IMG/VR virus record: IMGVR_UViG_3300045988_171725
Coordinates: 32,001-96,000 of that record
Reading direction: 5' to 3' (one strand)
Length of the DNA stretch: 64,000 bases
Origin: a virus
Shown: positions 38,901-48,660 of the stretch, one piece after another
Layout: each line of letters begins with the position of its first letter
Numbering within the stretch: the first letter of the stretch is position 1
Notes under the pieces: generated by a model
Seen by the model: the letters and a program-made list of their open reading frames with translations, nothing else
Database searches by the model: none
What the model was told of the DNA's origin: nothing
Position numbers and translations under genes: made by a program

Positions 38901-41499
38901 AAAAACGCGAAGCGCAAATAAGAAAAATAGATGAAGAGGCTGAAGAGAGAGAGAAAAGTTGGGTTGAGCAGTTTTTAAATTACGACGAACTCTTACCCGA
39001 AGCTCAAGAGCTTTTACAAAACTATATCAACACTTATAAAGAATATAAGGCAGCCGAAAAAGAACTATCCTTTTATGGTGGCGAAAACACACCAGAACAA
39101 AAATTCGAGGAATCTGATTGGAGTTATAAAGAAAGGTTAAAAGATTGGGAAAAGGTAAAAAGAAACTTCGATGAAAAAAAGAAGCAGATGGAAGAGGTTA
39201 ATGAAAACATAAAAAAGACGTTCCCATCTGGTAGAGTCGAGGGTTATAGTTCTGAAAAAATGTCGGAATTCTTAAAAAGGCGCGCAGAAGAAGGCATTGA
39301 GCAACAAAGACAAAAAAATATCGGATATGCTGCATTGTATTCTTATAGGTTCTCTGATAAAAAGAAGGCCGAACTTACACCCGAAGAAATTAATGAATAT
39401 TTGGATTACTATTCTGAACAATTTGGAATGACCACCGATGAGTTGTTGAATCTTTATAGACAAGAAAATGTTTATATGGGATTCAACGACTTTTTAAAGA
39501 AAATTGCTCAAGGACAAGATAAACGCCTGGTTTATTTTTCACCAAAAAAAATTAAAGCAGCAACAATAAAAGGCGCAGCCGATGGTGTTACTCGGGGTGT
39601 TACTAATACGGTAGAAAATATAGATCAGAAAAGCGTTGAAGAGAATGTTGCTAAAGCCGTATCGGATTCCATAAATATTGGCGAGGTTGAACCCAAAGAA
39701 GCAAGGAAGATATTACGAGATCCTGAGACCAACACACCAATAAATTCTGACGGAACGATAAACGAAGAACAGTGGTTAAAAGAACTAGATGAGAGCTTAC
39801 AGCGTTATCCAGTAGAACTTGAAAATGAATATTTTAAAAGGTTATTCAAAGATTCGCCTGATGATTATGTCCGTTTTGAAAAAGAGGTTAAAAGAACGAA
39901 GAAAGATGGAAGAAGAAACAGAACAGATCTGCGTAAATTTTTCAAGAGTGGAAATTGTGGCGACTTTGACTACAAAGATCTTCAACACGATCTCTATAAC
40001 ATAGAAATGCGAGAGGAACTTCCAGACTATTTAAAAACAAAGGAAGAGATATCCGAAGAAGAACATGGTGTCGTAATCGAAGGTGAAAATAAGGATACAC
40101 AAAAAGAGCTCATTCAAACAACAAAAGAAGAAGTTCAAGTTAAAAAACAAGGAATCGAACAAGAAAAACAAATCCAAGAAGTTCTCGATGACAAAACAAA
40201 GGAAACCAAGAAAAATGTTGATGTCGTTGAAGAAACTGGACGAGTTGAAAAACAGAACCTTGAATTAGAAAAGCAAGTACAAGAAGCAAAAAAAAAGAAA
40301 GTTACTGCAGAAAAAGATGTCAACACCTCTTTGTCGTCCAAAACTTCGATGATACCCGATAATATTTTAAAGGTGCAAGCGACAAGTGCTGACATTTCAG
40401 ATTTATCTAGAACTAAAGCAACTTCGATTACAACTGATTACGAAGGTCACACAATTGGCAAAACTTATAAATATCTTAATGATAAGGTTTTTGCTGATTA
40501 TGGTTCTGGTGGTCTTCAGGCGTGGATCGAGAATGCTAAACAGATTGGTATTGATGCAGCTAAAGCCGAATTGATAGGGATTTTGACTAAAGTTCCATCG
40601 TATAAGAAATCATCTGGCGGTTTGAGTAAAGCTGGAAGAACTGCGTTTGATGAAATAATGACCGATGCTTTTGGCGCTTCATATCAACCGCAACAAGGAC
40701 TTGGAGCCATATTATCCGAAGTCCAAGGTATTCATAAAGATACGTCTTCGATAGATGCGAAGATGGATTATTTGTCTGGCGGCGGAGGTGGCGCCCCATC
40801 TAATAAAATGGAAGTTTCATCTGACGGTGGTGCTGGAGGCGGAGATGAAGGTGGTAAAAAACCACCGAAATCTGGCGGTAGAAAAGGCAAGAGCGATGAA
40901 GAGAAGGCACAAGCGGATACTGAAAAACGGCAGAAACAAGATATAAGGGAATATCAACAGTATATTAACAGAGTTATAAGCCTTGAATCTCAGATTGATA
41001 AGCTTCAAAGGCAAGCAACATTAAGCGGCGGTAAACACAAAGATGCTATTTATGGAACAATTGACGCGCTTAATGAAGAGCTTGGGGATCTCAATCGTAA
41101 TAACGACGCGCTCAAACAAAGGGTTGCGACCGAACAAGCAGCAACAAAAGAATCGATCGACGCAACAGCAGCTCTTAGGAAACAATCAAATGCGCAAAAG
41201 AATCTTGTAAGCGTAAAAGGCGCGACCTCTATCTGGGATATGATGGCGAACGATATTCGCCGTGCGACCATGCGTGTTGCAGACTTCGGAATTGCTGCGA
41301 AGATTTTGAACAAGATCCCGCAGGATATACAGAAGGTAATCCAGTATACGAAAGAATTGGACGCGGCGATGACGAATATTCGTGTCGTCACGGGTGCTAC
41401 GGCGGAAGAGGCTCAAACGCTCGCACAAGGATATACACAACTTGCAAAAGAATTGGGGATAACCACTGTCGAAGTTGCTAATTCGGCAAACGAGTGGGT
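35912..41499 (+). CDS. Tape measure protein, exon 1
   Basis: SD GGAGGT precedes ATG 35912. It is long and K/E-rich, with coiled-coil character. The last ~100 codons begin the conserved tape-measure core (...MTNIRVVTGATAEEAQTLAQGYTQLAKELGITTVEVANSANEWV). The exon end is set by P1 pairing (see findings). Confidence 0.75.
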
Positions 41500-42673
41500 T
41501 AACAAATGTCTGGCTCACTATAAACTCCTTTAATTGCTGGAACCCCCTTAGAGCCATATAACTACAACATAACGATGAAATAGGCGTAAGTGTGATAGTT
41601 AAAAATATATGGATTGGGAAATCAGCAGCCAAACCTCGAACAGAGGAAGGTTCAACGAATATGTTCCACGAGTGTGGATAATGGGGAGCTCTACATAGAG
41701 AAATCTATGCGAAAGATATATTCTGAACTTCTGAGGAAACTCAGAGAAAATTCTATAAAAGGAGGTGAAATATTTGTGATAATAGAAAGTGAAGTTAAAA
41801 TGGTTATAAATCAATATAATTTTGATTATTATAAAAATCTTGGTTACGATATTCAAAAATGTGGACAACGAATTTTTGTAAAAGTTTCTGATTTACCAAA
41901 AACATCTGGGACAAAAATCCATACGATATGTGAATATTGTGGAGAAATAGTAGAAAAATCATACCGAAGGTATATAGAATCTATCGAATGTGGGAAAAAC
42001 TGTTGTTCAAAATGTTTGAAATACAAAATTCCTGAAAATGCTTTAGAAAAATACGGATGTCGTTCTACTTTAAGAATTCCAGAAATTCATGAATCGGTAA
42101 CTAAAAATAATCTTAAGAAGTATGGTTGTGAAAACCCTCTTGAATCAGCAGAAATTAGGGCTAAAGGTGTTCAGACTATGCAGAGTCGTTATGGTTGTAG
42201 TTATACCCTTCAAAGTGATGAATTACGTGAAAAGTGTAATCGGACATTATATGAAAATGGGAACGATATAACTGCGACAAGCAGACAACAAAGATATTTG
42301 TGTGATTTATACAAAGGAGAATTGAATTATCCTATTTGGATTTATCACATAGACATTTTGTTGTCGGACAACATATGTTGCGAATATGATGGAAGCGGTC
42401 ACGATCTTAGTGTTAAATTAGGTAATGAAACAAGAGAAAACTTTATTAGAAAAGAAAATAAAAGAATAACCTTTTTAACAAACCACAATTATAAGTTATT
42501 TAAAATACTTTCTAACACAGATATTTTGCCTAGTGATGAGATACTTTTAAACATAAAGAAACGGGCTTTTGAAATATTAAAAGTCCGAAATTATATGTAT
42601 TATGAGTACAATTTAGACACAAATATAGAATCTTTTAAATGATAAACTAAATTTAAAAGTAACACAATTACAG
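41500..42673 (+). mobile_element. Group I intron 1 (ribozyme core 5' of its ORF)
   Basis: P1 pairs exon AGUGGGU (41493-41499) with GCUCACU (41513-41519), with a U-G pair at the splice site. P/Q/R/S-like elements are ATTGCTGGAA (41533-42), AAATCAGCAGCC (41619-30), GTTCAACGAATAT (41650-62) and AAGATATATTCTGAAC (41713-28). The last nucleotide is G (42673). Confidence 0.7.
41776..42642 (+). CDS. Intron-encoded homing-endonuclease-like protein (zinc ribbon + KYG repeats + PD-(D/E)XK-like core)
   Basis: SD AAGGAGGTG precedes GTG 41776 (alternative ATG 41800); the track start at 41614 would translate the ribozyme core. Motifs: CEYCGE...CCSKC; repeats EKYGCRSTL, KKYGCENPL and SRYGCSYTL; core HIDILLSDNICCEYDGSGHD. 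Confidence 0.7.
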   Translation: MIIESEVKMVINQYNFDYYKNLGYDIQKCGQRIFVKVSDLPKTSGTKIHTICEYCGEIVEKSYRRYIESIECGKNCCSKCLKYKIPENALEKYGCRSTLRIPEIHESVTKNNLKKYGCENPLESAEIRAKGVQTMQSRYGCSYTLQSDELREKCNRTLYENGNDITATSRQQRYLCDLYKGELNYPIWIYHIDILLSDNICCEYDGSGHDLSVKLGNETRENFIRKENKRITFLTNHNYKLFKILSNTDILPSDEILLNIKKRAFEILKVRNYMYYEYNLDTNIESFK

Positions 42674-43250
42674 ACAAGGTTACGCAGGGGAAGAAGCCAA
42701 TCAATTGATTGTCGCTTCCTCGAAACTCGCTAAACTCGGTATGATTTCGACCACTGAGGCAACTAAAGATTTGACGAGCGCGATAAAAGGCTTTAAACTT
42801 TCGACAGAAGACGCGATGTCGGTTGTCGATAAATTGACAAAAATAGACCAAGTGGCTGCAATTTCCGCAGGAAATTTAGCGGAAGGTCTCGCGCGAGTCT
42901 CCACTACCGCTCAACAAGCAGGGCTTTCGCTCGACGAAACCGCCGCAATGGTAACTACGATTACCGAAGTTACGCAGCGTGACGCAAGCACGGCGGGTGA
43001 GGCGCTCAGAACTCTTATTTCGAGATACTCTAACGTTAAAGCGGGCGTATTCACGGATATGAGCGATAGCGCCGAAGAGACTTCGGGTAATATTAACGAT
43101 ATCGAAAAAGTATTGGGTAAGTTAGGGATTAGAATTCGTACTTCTGGAACTGAAATGAGAAGTATCGAAGATGTCCTTGACGAATTGGCTGAAAAGTGGG
43201 ATACACTTGATGATGTAAGTCGTAATGCAGTTGCGAGTGCTTTTGCTGGT
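42674..43250 (+). CDS. Tape measure protein, exon 2
   Basis: It carries the conserved core QGYAGEEANQLIVASSKLAKLGMISTTEATKDLTSAIKGFKL...STAGEALRTLISRYSNVK...AVASAFAG. There is no SD or ATG of its own. Confidence 0.8.
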
Positions 43251-44688
43251 AGGATGACGTATGCCAGAAATTATGGAAACATAATTTGTTAAGCACTATA
43301 AATAAATAACAAGGAAGATTGCTATATCGGTGAAGTTCTGGGGACAGATAATACCGAGGAAAGATTAAATATTAATAGTGAATAAGTAAATAACAAGGAG
43401 GTGATTTTCATGAAATGGGAGCAGTGGCAGATAGATTATCTTAAAGAAAATTGGGATAAATATTTAGATAAAGATTTGATGAAATATTTGGGCGTTAGCC
43501 CAGATTGTTTCTATGCTAAAAAGCGAGAATTAGGGTGCCTCCGATTCAAATGGACAGAGGAAAAGATAGAATTGTTAAAGAAGTATTATCCGATCGCTTC
43601 TTGGGAAGAGCTATTTCAAATTTTAGGTTGTAATAAAAGATCTTCGATAACTTCTATGGCTCACTTAAATGGTATAAGCCGAGATGTTTATAATAACAAC
43701 AAATTATCAAACTCCGACAAAGAATTTGTCAAAAACAACCACATGAATATGTCTGTTCATGAAATGTCTGACGTTATTGGTAAAAGAGCTGAATATATAT
43801 CAAACTATGCACGTAATAATCATATAAGAGTTTATTTTGGGCACGAGATAAGACCGTGGGACGAAGAATTATTCATTGAATTATATCCAAAATATACAAA
43901 CAAATATTTACATGAAAAATATTTTCCGTATTTAAGTAGGGCACAATTGCGTTCGCAAGCTAAAAAATATGGATTGGTTAAAAATAAAGAGAAAAGTGTT
44001 AAATGGTTTGATAAAGAGCAACTTTTAGAAGATTTAGAAAAGGCTACAAGAGAGCTGGGAAGAGTCCCTTTGTTAATCGAGTTTCAATCGCTCGGCTTAC
44101 CAACTGAAGCGACATACAGAAGATATTTTGGGTCTGTAACGAAAGCATTTGAGCTTATAGGAATAAAAAGACCATGCTATGTTCATGGTCAATGCCATAA
44201 GTTAATGGTATATAGAGATAAAAATGATAATTTTTGTCTATCTATGTCGGAAGTAATTATAAGTAACATTCTAATAGATTTCGGCATAACATTTGAAAAA
44301 GAAGTCCCTTATAAAAATTTTGTTGACGACGAGGATATTGGCGAAAAGATTAGCGATTGGAAGATTGGTAATAAAATAATCGAATATTTTGGAATGGTAG
44401 ATTATAAAGATTATAATGATGGTATGAATTTAAAAATCGAAATTTGCAAAAGACACAATATTTCATTATTAGCATTATATCCTGAAGATCAAAAAGATAT
44501 CGATAAGATGAAACAAAAGATAAAAGAATTTATTAATATTTAAAATCCGTAGAGACTATACGCAGTCAACCGTATAAGGTTAAGATATAGTCCGACCTGC
44601 ACGTATAATCCAATTAAAAAGAAGGTGCAGAAATAGCCAGAAATGGTTATTCGCCTGTATTATTACAGGTATGAAAAGTAACAAAAAG
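43251..44688 (+). mobile_element. Group I intron 2
   Basis: P1 pairs exon CUGGU (43246-50) with GCCAG (43263-67), with a U-G pair at the splice site. The S element AAGATATAGTCC (44582-93) matches the classical consensus 12/12. P7 pairs GACTATA (44554-60) with TATAGTC (44586-92). The last nucleotide is G (44688). Confidence 0.8.
43410..44543 (+). CDS. Intron-encoded homing-endonuclease-like protein (Myb/HTH-like repeats, HE-associated repeat, PD-(D/E)XK-like C-terminus)
   Basis: SD AAGGAGGTG precedes ATG 43410. The segment LLEDLEKATRELGRVPLLIEFQSLGLPTEATYRRYFGSVTKAFELIGI resembles the 'homing endonuclease associated repeat'. The C-terminus reads SEVIISNILIDFGITFEKE...DWKIGNKIIEYFG. Confidence 0.7.
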   Translation: MKWEQWQIDYLKENWDKYLDKDLMKYLGVSPDCFYAKKRELGCLRFKWTEEKIELLKKYYPIASWEELFQILGCNKRSSITSMAHLNGISRDVYNNNKLSNSDKEFVKNNHMNMSVHEMSDVIGKRAEYISNYARNNHIRVYFGHEIRPWDEELFIELYPKYTNKYLHEKYFPYLSRAQLRSQAKKYGLVKNKEKSVKWFDKEQLLEDLEKATRELGRVPLLIEFQSLGLPTEATYRRYFGSVTKAFELIGIKRPCYVHGQCHKLMVYRDKNDNFCLSMSEVIISNILIDFGITFEKEVPYKNFVDDEDIGEKISDWKIGNKIIEYFGMVDYKDYNDGMNLKIEICKRHNISLLALYPEDQKDIDKMKQKIKEFINI

Positions 44689-47421
44689 GTACGTCAACGT
44701 GAATCATTCAATATATTATTAAGCAACTGGGATCGTGTAAAGGAACTCACTGAAGAATCCGCTAACGCCGCAGGAACTGCCGACGAGAAGTATTCCGCTT
44801 ATATGGACTCCATGGAGGCGGCGACGAAGCGGCTTCAAAACGCGTGGGAAGGATTTACTCAATCGCTTGAAACAAGCACGGTAATGAAATTCCTCACGAA
44901 TTCAGTCGCGCTTTTGGTCGAGAATGCCGACAAACTCAAATATATAATAACCGTGTTTGCAGCTGCGAGTTCAGCAAAAATTTTTGACTTCTTTACCAGC
45001 AAAGGCGAAACAGGCGGGTTTAAAGGTTTAATCGCCAACATCCCGTTTATAGGCAGAGGAACGAAAACTAACAATATACTCGAAAGTATTGACAAAAAAG
45101 TCGGAGATATTCGAGGAGAGGTTCAGAAAGACAAAAGTGGAATTACTAAAAATGGTAGTCTAATTAGTAAGATTGGGCAATACGCAGCCGATAAACGTAC
45201 TGTAGGAAAAGATCGTAAGTTTATAAAAGATTATGAAAGTGGTAAATTCGATTCTGTAACTGATCCATCAATACAAAACGCTTATTATAAAAGATATTTG
45301 GGTGCCAAACAAAATTTATCATCAGATGATAACGAAGCGTTAAAGCGTTTGCTGGATGCGAAAGCTGCGAGAATGACCGCATTCGCTCAAACAGCAGCCG
45401 TCTCTGGAATTGCTACCTTAGCAACTCAATTAATGACAACGAAGCAAGTTTCTGGTTACGGCCAAACCGTTGAAGAAACTGGTGGTGACAAAGCGTTAAG
45501 AACTGGGCTTGCCACTGCTGGCTCAGTAGCTGGTGCGGCAACCGCCCTTATCCCCGTTATAGGACCTATGATAGCTCCAATCGTTTCTTCTTTGGGCTCA
45601 ATTGCTGGCGAAGGTTTGGCTGGATTAATAGCTAAATGGGCTCATAAAGACGAGCTTCAAATGAAGCAGCGTGTTGCCGAAGCCAAAGAAAATCTTTCTG
45701 CACTTGGCGATATAAAAACCGCTATCGAAAATAACGAGGATTTATTGAACAAAGACTCCTATACATCTAAAGATTACGAAAAGTTAAAATTATACGCCGA
45801 TTCTTTAAGAGAAAAATTCGCTAATAATGAAGATTTAGCTAAATTGTTTTTAGCCGATGTTCATAATCTTGATATTGGAACATTTACGACAATTGAAGAC
45901 GTTCTCTCTCAAATTACTAAGGGGAATGTCGATATCAATAAGCAACTTAAGAGGCAATTAGAGCTCACGACTGCCAGATTAACGGTAGAGAGCACCCTCG
46001 GCAAACAGGAAGAAGATAGAAAAAAAATACAAGAATACGTTGGTAAAAAATATGAATCGGATCGATCTGGTGTAAAAGCAAATTATTTATTTAAAGATCC
46101 AAATGATACATATTATACACGTAGTAATTTATTGGATTTTTATACAAGAGAAGATATTGCTAACCTTCTAAACACTGCAACTTATACTACTAATGGTGTT
46201 ACCTATCAAGGCAAAACATATAGTGGACCTGAAAAAATAGACTATATTCAAATAAAAGGAAACGATATAGAAGAAGTTCTTCAAAATGCGCAAAAAATCC
46301 TTGAAGAGGTAAGAAAAGGTTATTCTGAAACAAATAAAAATCTTGTATCTGAATGGGAAACAATTGTAAATAATTTATCAAAACAATTAGATAACCAGAA
46401 AAAATTAAATGCAAAACTTTTATCTACCCAAGTTGATTATGCTTATTTAACGTCCGATATTTTAAACACTAAGTCTCGTGATGAAATACGTGATCTTGGT
46501 ATGGAAGGCGTTGTTAAGATAATTCGTGACGAACTAATTTCGCAAGGTGTTGGTGTGGTTGATGAGAATGGAGTAATTCATCAAGACGCTTATGATGCCA
46601 TCGTTAAAAAAATACGTTCCGACTCGACTTTGAGTGATTATATAACGAAAGATATTCGCTCGATTGGGGATCTTATTTCTAAAGACGATATACAAGGTAT
46701 TGAATCGTTTGCAAGAGCGTTTGGTTTAACAACCGAGGCGGCGAAAGAGCTTGGTAAGCAGTTCGGATATTTAACTCAATCAATGGGTTTGATGAACGTT
46801 CAAGAGACGACGGAATACTATGAGAAACTGAGTACGGTATTTTCAAATTTAAGTTCGAATGTCGCTTTGACCGCAGGACAGATCAACAGTCTTTTGACGA
46901 CCTCTGAACTCAAAGATTTGCTTCCGTATTTGATGAATCAAGACGACCCTGACGCTTTGATAAAGGAACTTTATAAGAGAATTTACGGCGGCGGGCAGGA
47001 TGTCCATATGGAGAACGCGCTTTATGACGCGACCATGGGAATGTCGACCGATAAATTCAGAGAATACTTGCAAAACAAAGGGTTAAAAGAATATGTTGCT
47101 GAAATCGACAAAGGCGGGTATACCACCTTATCTCAAATTAGAGATGCAGTTAAAGAATTTGATGAGACAGACCCGAGACGCCAAGAGTTTTTGGAATATC
47201 TTGAAACGATAAATTATACTTACTCCAAAGACTTAACAGCTTTAGAGAAGCCGTCTAAGTATATTAAATCTCAACTCGAAGAGCAAATAAATAATCTCCA
47301 AGAGCAAAAAGATGCTTTGTCTCAAATTAATGACGAGAGAGAAAAAGAACTCAATCTAATTAAAGCGAAACAAGCGCTCGAAGACGCTCGGAAAGAAAAG
47401 AGAAGGGTTTATAGACAGGGT
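44689..47421 (+). CDS. Tape measure protein, exon 3
   Basis: It starts VRQRESFNILLSNWDRVKELTEESANAAGTADEKYSAYMDSMEAATKRLQNAWE, continuing the core from exon 2. It contains a hydrophobic Gly/Ala segment (TAAVSGIATLA...GPMIAPIVSSLGSIAGEGLAGLI) and long coiled coil. Confidence 0.8.
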
Positions 47422-48660
47422 AAACAAATATGCCCTTAAGTAACTATATCGGTTAAAACCTAGAAGTAGGTAAGACCGAGGTAAGATAAATTTTAAAATG
47501 TTAATATGCAATAAAATATAAATAAATTAAAAAAGGAGGTGATGACATGGAAAATAATATTAAAGAAGATTTGATAGCGTTAACCAACGAACAGGCAAAG
47601 AAGATTAATGCTGAAATTATTGAAAGATTTACGGGGAAAGACGGTAAGGCAAAGTTAAAAATACGCTCTTTATCATATCCCGAAAAAGGAGTAAGGGTCG
47701 TTGATCGATATAATTTCTTGCACTCCACTGCCCAATATAGATATTTTAACGCCGTGACTTGTAAAAATGATTTATTGAGACATGAAGAAATAACATCTAG
47801 AATTGATATAATTGGAGATTATATCAACACTGCGACAAAAATTTTATGCAAATGTAAAATTTGTAGCAATGAATGGATGGTAACTCCAAACAAATTATTA
47901 CAAGGTCGTGGATGCCCTAAGTGTGCTTCACAAAAAGCACATCGGGCTTACTCTAAATCACATGAAGAATTTATAAATGAATTAAAAAACGTCAACCCTT
48001 CTATCATGATACTTGATGAATATTATAATAATCGCACTAAAATAAGATACAAGTGTAATATTTGTAATAAAGTATCTATGTCTACTCCTTGTAAATTATT
48101 AAACGGGGAGAGCGGGTGCCATTTTTGTAAAAGCTCGATCGGTGAACAGAAGATATTCTGTTTTTTATTTGCCCACAAAGTACCATTTGAGAGAGAAAAA
48201 TATTTTGAAGATTGTAAAGATAAAGGGAAATTACCTTTTGACTTTTATTTATCTGATTATAATATTTGTATTGAATTTCAAGGTGAACAACATTTCCGTC
48301 CAGTAGACTTTTCATATACTCCAACTGAGGAATCGAAAAATAAAGCCGTTGAAAAATTTAAAGGTATTCAGAAGCGTGATAAAATAAAAGCAGAATATTG
48401 TAAACAGAATGGAATACGTCTTTTAATTATTGATTATAAACAAATAAAAAATATAGAAAGCATATTAACAAAAGAATTAAATTTATCAACCGTAACGACT
48501 GCAGGATCTTTGTGGTAACATAAAGATTGAAGTTACTTCAATATGTTTTAGACATATTGTAATATACAGTCTGAACTCGTAATATAACGAAATGAAATAC
48601 GAGAGTAAGGATTAACGTCCTTGCCGCCACATTTATTGTGGTCATAAAAGTAACAGATTG
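47422..48660 (+). mobile_element. Group I intron 3
   Basis: P1 pairs exon AGGGU (47417-21) with GCCCU (47432-36), with a U-G pair at the splice site. It shares CTATATCGGT...ACCGAGG and the 3' motif AAAAGTAACA with intron 2. An S-like element AATATACAGTCTGAAC lies at 48561-76. The last nucleotide is G (48660). Confidence 0.7.
47547..48518 (+). CDS. Intron-encoded homing-endonuclease-like protein (two zinc ribbons + PD-(D/E)XK-like core)
   Basis: SD AAGGAGGTG precedes ATG 47547. Motifs: CKCKIC...CPKC and YKCNIC...CHFC; core LPFDFYLSDYNICIEFQGEQHF...KRDKIK. Confidence 0.75.
   Translation: MENNIKEDLIALTNEQAKKINAEIIERFTGKDGKAKLKIRSLSYPEKGVRVVDRYNFLHSTAQYRYFNAVTCKNDLLRHEEITSRIDIIGDYINTATKILCKCKICSNEWMVTPNKLLQGRGCPKCASQKAHRAYSKSHEEFINELKNVNPSIMILDEYYNNRTKIRYKCNICNKVSMSTPCKLLNGESGCHFCKSSIGEQKIFCFLFAHKVPFEREKYFEDCKDKGKLPFDFYLSDYNICIEFQGEQHFRPVDFSYTPTEESKNKAVEKFKGIQKRDKIKAEYCKQNGIRLLIIDYKQIKNIESILTKELNLSTVTTAGSLW

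Noticed and set aside
41614-41775. The upstream extension of the intron-1 ORF given by the track (start 41614)
   Set aside because: This stretch coincides with the Q, R and S-like ribozyme elements and has no SD. A strong SD (AAGGAGGTG) serves GTG 41776, so the open frame upstream is probably fortuitous.
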